From: Diplonema japonicum
Lineage: Eukaryota; Protista; Euglenozoa: Diplonemea
Direction of reading: 5' to 3'
Assembly: GCA_964019335.1 (NCBI GenBank)
Contig: OZ025717.1
Coordinates: forward strand, 62,001-126,000
Length of the DNA: 64,000 nt
In this document: positions 33,895-44,765 of the stretch, one piece after another
Numbering within the stretch: position 1 is the first letter of the stretch
How the letters are laid out: the number at the start of each line of letters is the position of its first letter
Notes under the pieces: model-generated
Database searches by the model: none
Seen by the model: the letters and a program-made list of their open reading frames with translations, nothing else
Told to the model about the DNA's origin: nothing
Translations under genes and position numbers: made by a program

Positions 33895-34950
33895 CTACGC
33901 ATCGTTCATTGTCTCCTTCTTTCCCGTCTTCTTCTTTTTCTTGTACCCGATAGGGACAGTCTCCTTTCTCAGGTAGTACAAACACAACAGCATTGCTGAG
34001 GCGACGAAGGAACATCCTGCACCCACCCAAGACAAATAGAAGGAGGCCCCATACACACAGGAACCAGATCGCGACGTAGGGGTAGAGGAGTAGGGACGGG
34101 AGCGGAGCCAGGTCCACGAAAGGAGCTCGCACATGTCATAGGAGCAATAGGAGGTGGTGAAGAGGAACATAGAGAGCGCCGGCGACACAATTCCACAAGC
34201 TGTAGAGAGGCCGCTCAGCACTAAGATAACAAGGGAAGCAGTCTTAGTGGGGTGTCCCTTGGAGGCTCCGAAGCTCACTAAGCACACGCCGATGATGGTG
34301 CCCGTCAACAGCACGATACTCAGAATGTACAGGACGCCGCTGCCCACCATAAGGCTGTCTGCTTCATCGGTGTTGCACCTTTCAGAGAAGAAACTAACCT
34401 TCCCGCACTCCTCAGGCTCGTTTGTAGTAGTGTTGCACATGCGCAGCACACCGTACGTCAGCTCAGTGACTTCGAATGTTGCATTACCATCCACTACCTC
34501 CGCTTCACGCTGCAGTTTCACGTTGAACCACTCCTGCAGCACCCCTGCCGCGAGGTATAGCACGAATACCACACTGCATACCCCCAGCACGGTCAGCAGC
34601 ACTGGTCTGCTCTGTACACCCATGCACGTCACCTTCGGCATCTCCACGTCATCCTTGCCATGCTGTTTACTGTGCTCATGTTCGTCGTGTTTTGCTTTCC
34701 CCTGCTCGGTGCCAGGGAATGCCGCCACCAGCGGGTTCTCTGGCGACCTATCGGCCTCCCGTTCCTCGTCGCTCCCCACTGTCGTTGCCATGTCCACGTC
34801 CACAACCTGCGGCTTGTTGTACAGTGTCATGAACTCATGCCGCACACCTGTCACAAGGCATATCTCCAGCTGCATGGACTCGCCGCACTCTCCACAGTAA
34901 GGTCCTCCTGCATAGCCTCTGGGGGTGCCATCTTGCTCAGGGTGTTCCAT
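33895..34950 (-). CDS. Four-TM amastin/claudin-like membrane protein with an N-terminal Cys/His motif
   Basis: Four hydrophobic helices, GVLRMC loop motif, YGASFYLSWVG; N-terminal CGECG..CLVTGVRH. Confidence 0.7.
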   Translation of the reverse strand: MEHPEQDGTPRGYAGGPYCGECGESMQLEICLVTGVRHEFMTLYNKPQVVDVDMATTVGSDEEREADRSPENPLVAAFPGTEQGKAKHDEHEHSKQHGKDDVEMPKVTCMGVQSRPVLLTVLGVCSVVFVLYLAAGVLQEWFNVKLQREAEVVDGNATFEVTELTYGVLRMCNTTTNEPEECGKVSFFSERCNTDEADSLMVGSGVLYILSIVLLTGTIIGVCLVSFGASKGHPTKTASLVILVLSGLSTACGIVSPALSMFLFTTSYCSYDMCELLSWTWLRSRPYSSTPTSRSGSCVYGASFYLSWVGAGCSFVASAMLLCLYYLRKETVPIGYKKKKKTGKKETMNDA

Positions 34951-35029
34951 GCCCTGCAGCTTCCTGTGTGGGATGGACGGAAAGTGGAATGCAATACAAG
35001 TGTACAAGGTAAGTACAATGTAGGGACAT

Positions 35030-36163
35030 CTAAGGTTTGAAGACAAGCGCTTTGTCGATGTCGAGGTCGCGCTTCGAGGTATCGCCCGGGCGGCAACGCT
35101 CCCAGCGGGGGCTGTTCTTGTAGGGGTGCGCGAGGTCGTGGAAGGCCTTCTCGGAGGTGTCGTTGGGTGCAACGAGCTGTGCAAGGATTTCTTGCCGTTC
35201 GACGTTGTCAGGCGTTGCGGTGGAGATGAGTCTGTGCCCAGGGTCGAGCCACGACTGCACACGGTGGCGCTCTGTGATCTCTTCCACCACCTTGCGGGCG
35301 ATTCTTCTCGCACCGTCGGATGCCCAATGCCCGTGGGGGAGCTGGTCTTCCTGCAGCTGTTTAGGCTTCACCACCTCCGTCTTCTTGAAAAGCACAGCGT
35401 CAGCTTCATGACGGGTTCTATTAATTTCCATTTGAGAGGGCGGTCGGAAAGGCTCTGCTTTATTAATACAGGGATTGCTCATTTCTTCCCAACCCTCGAG
35501 GAGCTGGACGCCTTCCCCCTCACCGGGAGCTGTTAACTGGCTTAGGATCTCGTGCTTACAGATGGTGTCCGCAGAGCTCGTGTTGCGTTGTGACTCGTAC
35601 TCCGCAGCACGTTTGGAGGCAAGGGACCTGGATCCTTTTTGAGACCATTCCGATAGCTTTGCGGTGCGCTCCTCGTCAGGTAGTTTTGGGTAGTCTGTCC
35701 GAATCTGTGCTTCTTCTTTCTTTATTTTCTTCTCCTCGTTCAGGATGGCCGCGTCCAGCCGTTTCAGCATGCTCCCTTCGTACAGCCGCTTGAGCATCTC
35801 TTCTTGCTTTTTTTTCGTCATTTTCTTTTCTGCAGGAGGTGGCGTCGGTGGTGCTGTTGGCTTTTTCTCGCTGTCGTCGGTCCGCCGTTTCGTGTTTTTA
35901 AACAGCCGCTCGGACAACTGTTTTTGCTTTTTCCAGTCTTGCTTCTGCCTGGCCTCCATCTTCCGAACCTGCTCGGTTTCGGTTTTTTCCCTTTCCAGGT
36001 TTCTTCTCTTGTGGCCGTCTTCGTGTAACTTCTTCAGGCGGTCCTTCTTGGGCCCTCTCTCCAATCTCTCGAGAAAATCAACTACATCGTCCACACCACC
36101 TGAACACGCCGGGGAGAAAGCTGACCCGTCTGCTGCAAGCTGCCAGAGGTCTGTGCTTGGCAT
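35030..36163 (-). CDS. Hypothetical charged/coiled-coil protein
   Basis: 377-aa ORF co-oriented with its neighbours; internal repeat EILSQLTAP / EILAQLVAP. Confidence 0.75.
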   Translation of the reverse strand: MPSTDLWQLAADGSAFSPACSGGVDDVVDFLERLERGPKKDRLKKLHEDGHKRRNLEREKTETEQVRKMEARQKQDWKKQKQLSERLFKNTKRRTDDSEKKPTAPPTPPPAEKKMTKKKQEEMLKRLYEGSMLKRLDAAILNEEKKIKKEEAQIRTDYPKLPDEERTAKLSEWSQKGSRSLASKRAAEYESQRNTSSADTICKHEILSQLTAPGEGEGVQLLEGWEEMSNPCINKAEPFRPPSQMEINRTRHEADAVLFKKTEVVKPKQLQEDQLPHGHWASDGARRIARKVVEEITERHRVQSWLDPGHRLISTATPDNVERQEILAQLVAPNDTSEKAFHDLAHPYKNSPRWERCRPGDTSKRDLDIDKALVFKP

Positions 36164-36524
36164 TTTATTCCCCTCTTTCTTTCTCTTTTGGGTGTGAAAA
36201 AACTTTTTTAAAAAGAAGACTGCACGAACAGTAAACGGGAGTAAAAGCAATAGATCTTAATGGGTGTGGGGGTGCGCGGGAGTAGCAGGGTTATTTTCTT
36301 TCCTTTCTTTGTTTTAGGTTACGTCGCGACACTTCTTTCTTTTTTTTTAAATCTTTTTTTTTTCCCTTTTTCTAATTCTTTTTAATTTCTTTTATTTCTT
36401 TTAGAAAAAAAAAAAGTTTATGGGGAAAAAAAAATAAAAATAAAAAGATTCCCCCCCTCCCCCCCCCCCCCCCCCCCCCTCTCCTCTTCTCCATGATGTA
36501 TATATCTCCCCCTTACACCCCCTT

Positions 36525-37526
36525 TTATTTCACGGCAACAATAGTAGTAGAAGCACCATAGGCATCGACGGTGTCAGTGTGGTCAAGATAATCAACAAGG
36601 TAGTCGATGCAAGACGGACCGTGCGGGACATCCTTAATATTCATGGAGGTGGGCTTCGTTTGGTACAGGTAGTAACCCCTTCTGTGTAAGAGGTGGAACA
36701 CATCACAGATAGCCTGCTTGGGAACCTGTCCCCCATGCGCATCGGCCATCCCAGTGGGCCACAGGCGGAAGATGAAGGCTTGTATTTTATGAGAGTTGAA
36801 AAGCTTCATTGCACCGCTTATGATTTTTAAGTCCCATCCCTTCCCGTCCACAAGGACAAGTGGGATAACATCTTCATTAATGAATTCTTTGTCCAAGGTT
36901 GTGACTTCGACCTCGGGGGTTTCGAAGTGTGCTTCTGATGACTGCCACTTCCCAACCAGGTACTTGTCTGTGCGCAGGCCTAGCAGGCCATCATCGAAAG
37001 ATCCCCCCATGCGGAATTTACTTGTTCCAGGAGTGTCGGAAAATGCTTTTCTGTGCAATTCGATGCCTTTTAGATCGTTGTCATGGATGGTGCTTTTTGC
37101 TTGTTCGTAAAATTTCTCCGATGGTCTGTACACCCTGGCTCTGCAGCCGTTCTTGACGGCCTCAACCAGGTACTCGTCTGTGGAGTAACCTATCTCCACG
37201 AAAAGGGGGGGCTCCATGTGGTTTTCTTTCATCGCCATAACCAGCGGGCAGTACTCTAAAATGAGCTTTTTGATGATTGTGTCCGGGTCCTTCACCTTGC
37301 TGAACCGTACGCTTGCCCTCGACCTCGGGATTTCAGTGTGCCCTTTGCCCCTTCCGCACGTTCGTTTGTTGTGGAAATCTGCCACTTCTCGAATTTTGTC
37401 CTCACCGTCACCTCCCCGTCTCAGAATTTCTGAGTGTTCCCCTTTTTTCGGCTTAGTGTACTCATCTCCCAGGACCCCTGTCACCGAAAGGCAACAAAAG
37501 ACTGTGAAAGCAATATTTTTTAACAT
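36525..37526 (-). CDS. FkbM-family methyltransferase-like protein with signal peptide
   Basis: FVEIG (divergent motif I), EVEVTTLD, LVLVDGKGWDLKIISGA and GYYLY. Confidence 0.75.
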   Translation of the reverse strand: MLKNIAFTVFCCLSVTGVLGDEYTKPKKGEHSEILRRGGDGEDKIREVADFHNKRTCGRGKGHTEIPRSRASVRFSKVKDPDTIIKKLILEYCPLVMAMKENHMEPPLFVEIGYSTDEYLVEAVKNGCRARVYRPSEKFYEQAKSTIHDNDLKGIELHRKAFSDTPGTSKFRMGGSFDDGLLGLRTDKYLVGKWQSSEAHFETPEVEVTTLDKEFINEDVIPLVLVDGKGWDLKIISGAMKLFNSHKIQAFIFRLWPTGMADAHGGQVPKQAICDVFHLLHRRGYYLYQTKPTSMNIKDVPHGPSCIDYLVDYLDHTDTVDAYGASTTIVAVK

Positions 37527-38187
37527 TTTGCTTTTTTCGCGGTGTGTCCTTTTTTTTATATTTGTGTTTTTTTTTTTTTTTTTTTTTTTTAAATTATAGA
37601 AGATGGGAAGGAGAAAACGAAATTAATTTCAGTAAAAATAATTTTGAGGGATGAAAAAAAAAAAGGAAAGGATGGGGAGGGCGAAAGAGGAGATAAAATG
37701 GAAATCCAAGGTGGAGGGGGATGTGTGCGTGTTGTGAAAGTGCTTCCGGGAAGGAGGGGGAAAAGAGAAAAACACGGGGTTGTGTGTGGTTGGTGATAGT
37801 GATGTGTGACTAGGTAGTAGGCACCCCTTTACTCCTTTCCTCGTCCCCCCCTACTCGAACAGCAAAAGAAATCTAAAAAAAAAAAATGAAAAAAAAAAAC
37901 TGATGTACTTTTTTTTTTTTTTTTTTTTTTCTTCTTCTCGTTCCTATTTTCTTTTCGCAAGCTCCTTCAAGAAAACTATGTGCAGAGGTGGTTGGGGGAC
38001 AGGGGGAAAAAAAAAAAAAAAAAAAAAAAAAATTGGGCAAGGGAAACCGCAAAAAAAATCTAAACAGGGTTTTTTTTTTTTGATCAAATTCCAAGAAAAA
38101 AACAAAGGGGGGGGGGGACAAAATCAAAAAGAGCAAATGAAAAATGGTGGGGGGGGAACACTAAAAAAAAAAAAATGGGGGGGGTTT

Positions 38188-39990
38188 CTAACGGGTCTGA
38201 ACGATATCGTCAATCTATGTGTTTTGTGTGATATTTTCTTTTTCCGCCTTTTCTCATATACCTTAAGGATCATTGCCACAGTCTCGGTCGCAAGCTTCAC
38301 AGCGCTGGAGGGGACAAGGAGTGGGACGACAACGTTCTCAGAAGACATGTCAGTGACACAAGCCTTCCTGACGTTGATACCGTGGGATGCTTCACCGTCA
38401 TTGTGCTTGTTACGGAGCTCTGTCACGGTCCTGACAGGGTTGAGACCGGCGTTCTCGGCAAGGGTGTAGGGGATGACCTCGAAGGCCTCGGCGTAGGCCT
38501 TCACACAGACAGCATCAATGCCCTTAAGCTCCCTCGCCTTCTTTGCAAGCTTGATGGTGAGCTGCGTCTCGGGCGCACCACCACCTGCCACCACTGCGGT
38601 CTTCTTCACAAGCGATCTCACAACGCAAAGGGCGTCGTGGAAGGAACGGTCTGCCTCCGCTCCAAGAAGGCTGTTCGACCCCTTGATGAGCACCGTCGCT
38701 GTGGGCATGAGAACCATCTTAGCAGCCTCTGAGGTGGGCGGCTTCACACCCTGCACCCTCACAATCTTCCCCTCAGGTGTCGATTCCTGCACAACAAGGT
38801 CGGCGGTACCGAACTGTTTTTTTTTTTTGTGAATTGGGAGAAAAAGAACAAAAAATCTTTTTTTTTACCTTTTCCGCCTTGAAGTGGTCGATGGACGAGA
38901 TGGGCAGGCAGCCCAGGGTCTTCGTGATGAAGTCGACGTCCGTCCTCTCGATGTCCTTGAGCACCATGATCTTCATCTTCGCCAAGAAGTCCAAACTCTG
39001 CTCGTTCACGGCGTCCCTGAGGATGCTCTTCTGGATCAGCAGCACGTTGCACCCTGCGTCCTTGATCTTCTTGCACAGCTCCAGGAGGTACTTCCTCTCC
39101 TGCTTGATAACTTTGTCGATTTGTTGGTAATCTTTGATGGCGACCTTTTGTTATGATGGGTTTATCTTTTCACAATGCTACCTGCATCTCCATGTCAGTC
39201 TTAGGAGGGGACAGCTGGAACTGGATGAGGGCGATTTTGGCGTTCTGGATCTTGGTGGGGCCACCAGCAGACTGGGACGCCTTCTGCTTGAAGATGGTAC
39301 CTGTTTATTTTTATTTTTTCTCGTCATTTTTCACAAACCGTTGGTGATGAGTTCCGTGTCGTCCACGGTCCCCCCAAGGCATGTGAGCACCTTGATGTTG
39401 TTAAGGTCAACGTTGGCAGGGAAGGCGGGGTCCCTGACCTTGTAGACGGCGTCGACGGCCATGGGGGCGAGAAGGGCGCTGTTCTGGGACACGACCTTGC
39501 TGGAGAGGGAGGTGATGGCAGCCTTGATGAGCGTCTCGCGGTCATTGATGTCGATCGACTTGGACATGCCCTCGAGGACTTCTGCTGCGTACCTCCCGCC
39601 CTTGAGGAAAGAGGCTGCGATGTCGGAGGGGTGGATCTCCTTCTGAAGGAGGCTCTGCGCGGCCTTCAGGAAGCTCCCGCAAAGAACCACCACAGAGGTT
39701 GTACCGTCTCCCGCCTCCACGTCCTGCGCCTTCGCGAGCTCGATAAGCATCTTGGCGCACGGGTGGTGCACCTCCAGCTTGTCCATGATCGTCGCACCGT
39801 CGTTCGTGATGATCACGTCACCCTTCTCCTGGACTATCATCTTGTCCATACCCCTGGGCCCCAACGACGTCCTCACTGCGTCCGCCACCACCTTCGCTGA
39901 TGAAATGTTCGCCATCCTCACATCCCTCTGCTTGTCGCCCTGGCCCGCCGTGCCCCTCCCCTTCTTCACCGCCTGCGTGGTCGCTGCCAT
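38188..39990 (-). CDS. CCT4: T-complex protein 1 subunit delta; 5 exons
   Basis: [42 protein letters not shown]-type and [10 protein letters not shown] motifs. Introns 39301-39338, 39145-39181, 38814-38868 and 38215-38261 give a full frame ending [11 protein letters not shown]. Confidence 0.95.
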
Positions 39991-40413
39991 TTAATAACTC
40001 TTCTCTCTGGATGACCGTAGTGTTGTGAGTGTACTTGACAAAATAAAATAATAAGAAAAAAAACGTTTGTGGTTGGGATCCCTGTCTTGTTCTCCCCTTT
40101 TCACCCCTCCATTTTCAAGAAAAAAGAAGGGGGGACATTTGAAATGAGTTGCACACCCCCATAAGCCGGGATGTGTTGGCGAATCAATGATACGCCCGCG
40201 TTGTTATATTACACGTATTTCTTTTCTCTCTTTTTTTTTTTCATTTCCCCAACTCTCTCTGTGCACCATCTTCGAAACCGGCGAGCTTGCCGACCGCGGT
40301 TTGAAAGAAAAGGAAGATATGAGATTGCAGAATTTCGGCATGACAAAAACGTGAGATAAAAATGGAGAAAAGGCTTTAAAAGAAAAAGAAAAAAAAAAAG
40401 GCATTTCACCTCA

Positions 40414-41493
40414 CTACAAAGTTGTGCGGAGGTGGTCGGCAGCAGCAAGGCGCAGCATGGCCGTCATCCTGCTGAGAACAGAAGCTTTTTTGTCGCCTTC
40501 GATCTCGATGTCGAAGGCATCCTCCTCGACTGCAAGGGACGCCTCGTCAGAGAGAACGGTCGTTTGGAACGTGCTCCCCTTCCCCTTGACGTAAAGGGTG
40601 AGGGTACCGTTCAAGAGCGACCCATCCGAGCATTCTTCAACGGTGTGGTGCGCCTCCTTGCTGAGGAAAAACACTTTGTTCATATCGTGTGTGAAGCTGT
40701 TCGCTGTAATAAGACCCCCTTCCACCTCTTTCGGAGAAGAGAGTTTTCCATTACCGTCACGGGTATACTCGTAGTGACGATCACCTGAATCCTTAGAAAC
40801 CGACCAGATGGTGTGCCTATAACACCCGTAGAGACACATCGAGGCAAAGTTGTTCTTGTGGTTGTGAATGTACGTCTCGGCCAATGCAGGGAACATATGC
40901 AGCCTTACCTCAAGTGCATCAGACGAGAATAAATAGAATCGTGTCATGACACCTGGTACTTCGTCAACACGCATATCCTCAGCAAAACCGTTTGAGTAGA
41001 TAGCCGTAGTGGCCAAATTGTGGCCAACTTTTTCAATTGAGAAGAGGTCATCTTCTTGCAGTTCCTTACCGGGTCTGTTCATGATGGTATTGTTAAGTTC
41101 CTGCATGGCGTGCATTGCTGAATCTAGTGTTGTGTTTTCTATTGGGTGGTGCCTGCGAAACCCTGGGTTGTTGAGCCTCCACATGTGTGTGACAGCTTGT
41201 TCTATTTTTCGGTCCGCGCGGGCCTTGATTTTTATTTCCTTGATTATGTTTCTTTCTGTGGTTGTGTTGGGGCTTCTTCGTTTGAGCTGCCTGTTTGCTT
41301 TTTTCGCCAATCGCTGCTCTCGTGCTGCGTCTTTCAGTTCGTCTCGTATTGTCTTCTCCCATTCTATTAGGGTCGACAGGCCTACTTCGTCAAGACGCCT
41401 TTCTTTCACTACAACCGACAGAAAGTTCATTGCGGTGTCAACCTTCCCCCACATCTCTGAAGGATCCGAGCCGTTGCTACCTGCTTCGCTCAT
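40414..41493 (-). CDS. Cupin-fold protein with N-terminal helical region
   Basis: VRLHMF..YIHNH..NFASMCLYGCY.H with a distal HHTV resembles a cupin metal site. Confidence 0.65.
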   Translation of the reverse strand: MSEAGSNGSDPSEMWGKVDTAMNFLSVVVKERRLDEVGLSTLIEWEKTIRDELKDAAREQRLAKKANRQLKRRSPNTTTERNIIKEIKIKARADRKIEQAVTHMWRLNNPGFRRHHPIENTTLDSAMHAMQELNNTIMNRPGKELQEDDLFSIEKVGHNLATTAIYSNGFAEDMRVDEVPGVMTRFYLFSSDALEVRLHMFPALAETYIHNHKNNFASMCLYGCYRHTIWSVSKDSGDRHYEYTRDGNGKLSSPKEVEGGLITANSFTHDMNKVFFLSKEAHHTVEECSDGSLLNGTLTLYVKGKGSTFQTTVLSDEASLAVEEDAFDIEIEGDKKASVLSRMTAMLRLAAADHLRTTL

Positions 41494-42013
41494 TGGTGGT
41501 TGCTTTTTTTCCCCCCTTTCGCGTGTATTCTTTTTTTTTTTTTTTGAGAAACAGGAGAAAAAAAAAAAAAAAAACAGAAAACGGAATTTAAAAAAAAAAA
41601 ATGCAAACTAACTTTGGCGATTATTCCTTCCGTTTTTTTTTTTTTTTTTTTTTTTTCTTTTCCTCCAACCTTCAATAGCTTGTAAAGAAGAAAAAAATCG
41701 CACTACTGCAAAAAAAAAAAAAAAAAAAGAAAAAACTAGCTGTAATAATTATTGTTTTTTTTTCTCGTTTTTTTTTTTTTTTTGCGCCCTAATAAATAAG
41801 GTACACTAATATAAAAAAAACCCCCCCCCCCCGTTTTCGTTCTTAAAACTCCGTTCCCCGTATTTCTAAAGAAAAATAAAAATGCGAGAACCCTGCGAAA
41901 TAACACGTCGGGACGGCACTTTTTGCGGAGAAAAAAAAAAAAAAAAGGGCGGAGAAAAAAGAAGAAAAGAAAATATGGGAGGGGGGGGGAGGGGGAATCT
42001 TTTTTTTCTCTTC

Positions 42014-42440
42014 CTAGTTAATCTTAAGAAGCTCCACCTCGAAGTTGAGGTCAGCGTTGGGGGGGATCACACCACCGGCACCCCTGGCACCTGAAGAGAG
42101 GTACAACAAAAAAAAAAAATTTTTTTTTCCCAACTCATACCGTAACCGAAGTCCGAAGAAATCTTGAGAATAGCCTTCTCGCCAAGGCTCATCTGCATAA
42201 CACCCTCATCCCAGCCCTTGATGACCTGGCCAACGCCAATCTGGAACTGGAAGGGACCCCTTTCCACGCTGGAGTCGAACTTGTTGCCGTTCTGCGGGGG
42301 GTGGGGGGTTCAAAAAGAGAAAAAAAGGGGGGGTTACACACCGAGGCAAGAGTACCAGTGTAGTGCATGGAGAGTCTGTCCCCCGCCTTGGGGAAAGTAA
42401 CACCGTCACCGGCCTTAAGCACTTCCTTAACGACACCCAT
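42014..42440 (-). CDS. FKBP12: FK506-binding protein 12 (PPIase); 3 exons
   Basis: [32 protein letters not shown] and IPPNADL.FEVELL. Introns 42292-42341 and 42091-42140. Confidence 0.95.
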
Positions 42441-42510
42441 TGCTTTGTTGAGGGAAATGGTCTTTCTGAACATGATCTATAATGGGGTTAATACAGAACT
42501 GCAACAAACC

Positions 42511-42541
<31 letters not shown>

Positions 42542-43098
42542 TATTCTAAAAAAAAAAAAAAAGAAGAAGAAGTGTTAAGAAAGCATAGTAGTCGAGAGTC
42601 CCCCTCTTTTTTTCTTTTTTTTTCTCCTCTTCCTTTTTACCGTTTTGAAAAAAACAGCAAAACAAATTGTTGATGTTGATAAGAAAAAGAGTCAAGTCGT
42701 AGTTGTTTGTACACACGGTACTGCATGCGGTGATTGCGAAGCTCCCCGTTAGCCCTGCCATGAACATCATGTACATCTGCACCGTGTGGAGGAGGAGGAG
42801 GAGGAAGAGAAGGAGGAGGTGGATAGGGTTCTAAGGTTCGTCGATCTTGAGCTTGAAACGTGGCTTGGGTTCTTTTCAAAGGGTTTCAAACCGGGTTGCA
42901 ACTAGCTCTCTTTATCAGAATCCAGCAGGGTCACAGCACTCGTCCACTTGCTGTCCAAGGCACGCTGCTTCTGCAAAGATACAGCACTCGTAGCCGCACT
43001 TTTCATGTTTATACCACTTCTTTAAAAAAAAAAAGAAAAAAAAGAGTTTTAGAAGGGAAAAAAAAAAAAAAAAAAAAAAAAAAAGAAAGAAAGAAACA

Positions 43099-43896
43099 CT
43101 AAAACCCACGCTGCGCCATGAGCTTCGCCATGCCCTCCACGATTTCTTCCTCGTTGAACCTGCTGCCGAAGACCTCCATGAACTCGAAATTGTTGTCGAA
43201 AAAGTAAATCGCAATGGAATGATCGATCAGGTAGTCACCCTCCGTGGACTCCAAAGGGGATGGAGCAGAGTAGTAGATACGGTGGGATTTGCAAATGGAC
43301 TCCACTTGCTGGGGAGTGCCCACGAGACCCAGGAAGTCCTTGTGAAACTCCGACAGGTAGGCTTTGATCTCCCTTAGTGAGTCCCTTCCTGGATCGCACG
43401 AGACGAAGAGAGGTGTGAAGCTTGCCAACGGGAACTTCTCCCGAAGAGCGTCAGTAACCTTTGACATCCTGTTCAGCTCCACTGGGCAGATCTCAGGGCA
43501 GTGTGTGAACCCAAAGTACATAATAGGAAACGTACCGTAGAAATCAGCCCTGGTTCGGGGCTTGCCGTCTATGTCCACTAACGTCCAGTCACCCCCTACG
43601 GAGGCCTTGCCGACGGACTTCATTTCCGATGTCCTGAAACCTTCTCTCTCCTTCTTCATGTTGCTGTAAGACCACCACCCTGCAAGTGGGCCTAGAATAC
43701 CTATCAAGCCCATTTGGATCCATTTCAGAACGAGCTCTCTGTCCGCCATCGCTTCCTTCTGCTGTTCTTTGTTTTTTTTCTTGTCCTCGTACGTTTTCAT
43801 CTCTTCCTTGTCCTTTCCCAGTCCCGACGCATACCGACGTGTGGCCACAGGCACCCAACTCATTGTGGCGCCCTTCTTTAATACCACTCGAAGCAT
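43099..43896 (-). CDS. SCO1: SCO1/SCO2 cytochrome c oxidase copper chaperone
   Basis: Transit-like N-terminus, one TM helix, YFGFTHCPEICP (CxxxC), DP.RD and YLIDHS. Confidence 0.93.
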   Translation of the reverse strand: MLRVVLKKGATMSWVPVATRRYASGLGKDKEEMKTYEDKKKNKEQQKEAMADRELVLKWIQMGLIGILGPLAGWWSYSNMKKEREGFRTSEMKSVGKASVGGDWTLVDIDGKPRTRADFYGTFPIMYFGFTHCPEICPVELNRMSKVTDALREKFPLASFTPLFVSCDPGRDSLREIKAYLSEFHKDFLGLVGTPQQVESICKSHRIYYSAPSPLESTEGDYLIDHSIAIYFFDNNFEFMEVFGSRFNEEEIVEGMAKLMAQRGF

Positions 43897-43978
43897 TTTT
43901 TTCTTGTTTTTTTGTTTCTCTTCTCTGCTGTGTCTATATCGTTGCAAGAAAATATTATGCAAAAAAAGAGGGGGGAAA

Positions 43979-44018
43979 GGTGTCGTTGAAGGGAACCTGC
44001 AGTATGTGACAGGATCGC
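43979..44018. repeat. 40-bp copy of the relic terminus at 15484-15523
   Basis: 39/40 identical: ggtgtc[g/t]ttgaagggaacctgcagtatgtgacaggatcgc. Confidence 0.9.
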
Positions 44019-44652
44019 TTTAAAAAAAAAAAAATCGGGGAGGGGAAAAAAAAAAAAAAAAAGCAGAAAGCCATGTTAAATTCATGCTAATTTGGCTTTG
44101 ATTTTTTTTTTTTTTTTTTTAGAAAGGGGAAATAGCTGAAAACCTAGGTTGGATCATCAGAATGAAAAAAAAAAAGGGAAAAAAAAAAAAAAAAAAAAGG
44201 GGAAAAAAAAAAGAAGAAGAAGGAGAAAAATTAAACTGGTTGGAGGAGCGCTCATTTTTTTTTTTATAAGATAGGGTAAATTCACGCAACTACTAGTTTT
44301 CCTTCTTCATTCCCTCTTTTGTTCTCTCTTTTTTTCTTTTTCTTTTTTTTTTCCCTCTTCTAAGTACCATTTTTTAAAACACAAACAGACAAAAAAAAAA
44401 AGATGTCAACCCTATAGGTTGCACTTAAGTCGTACTCCCAACAGCCGCCTTCAACTCCACAGCCGTCACCATTAAATTACAAAAAAGAGATTTCTAAAAG
44501 CATCAGTGCCAAACAAGACAAATCCTCTTTGAAGAAAAACCCTCTAAACAGAAGGGAAAAAAAAAAAAAAAAAAAAAACATGAGATAAAAAATAAAGAGG
44601 AGAGGAATAGATACAAAAAAAAATGTAGGCTGTTCGTTATAGAAGAACCATC

Positions 44653-44683
<31 letters not shown>

Positions 44684-44765
44684 AGGAAAAAAAATATAAG
44701 GATACTGAGAAATATAAAAGCCCATTTAAGAGGCCAATCAATTTTTTTTTTTTTTTTTTTTTAAA

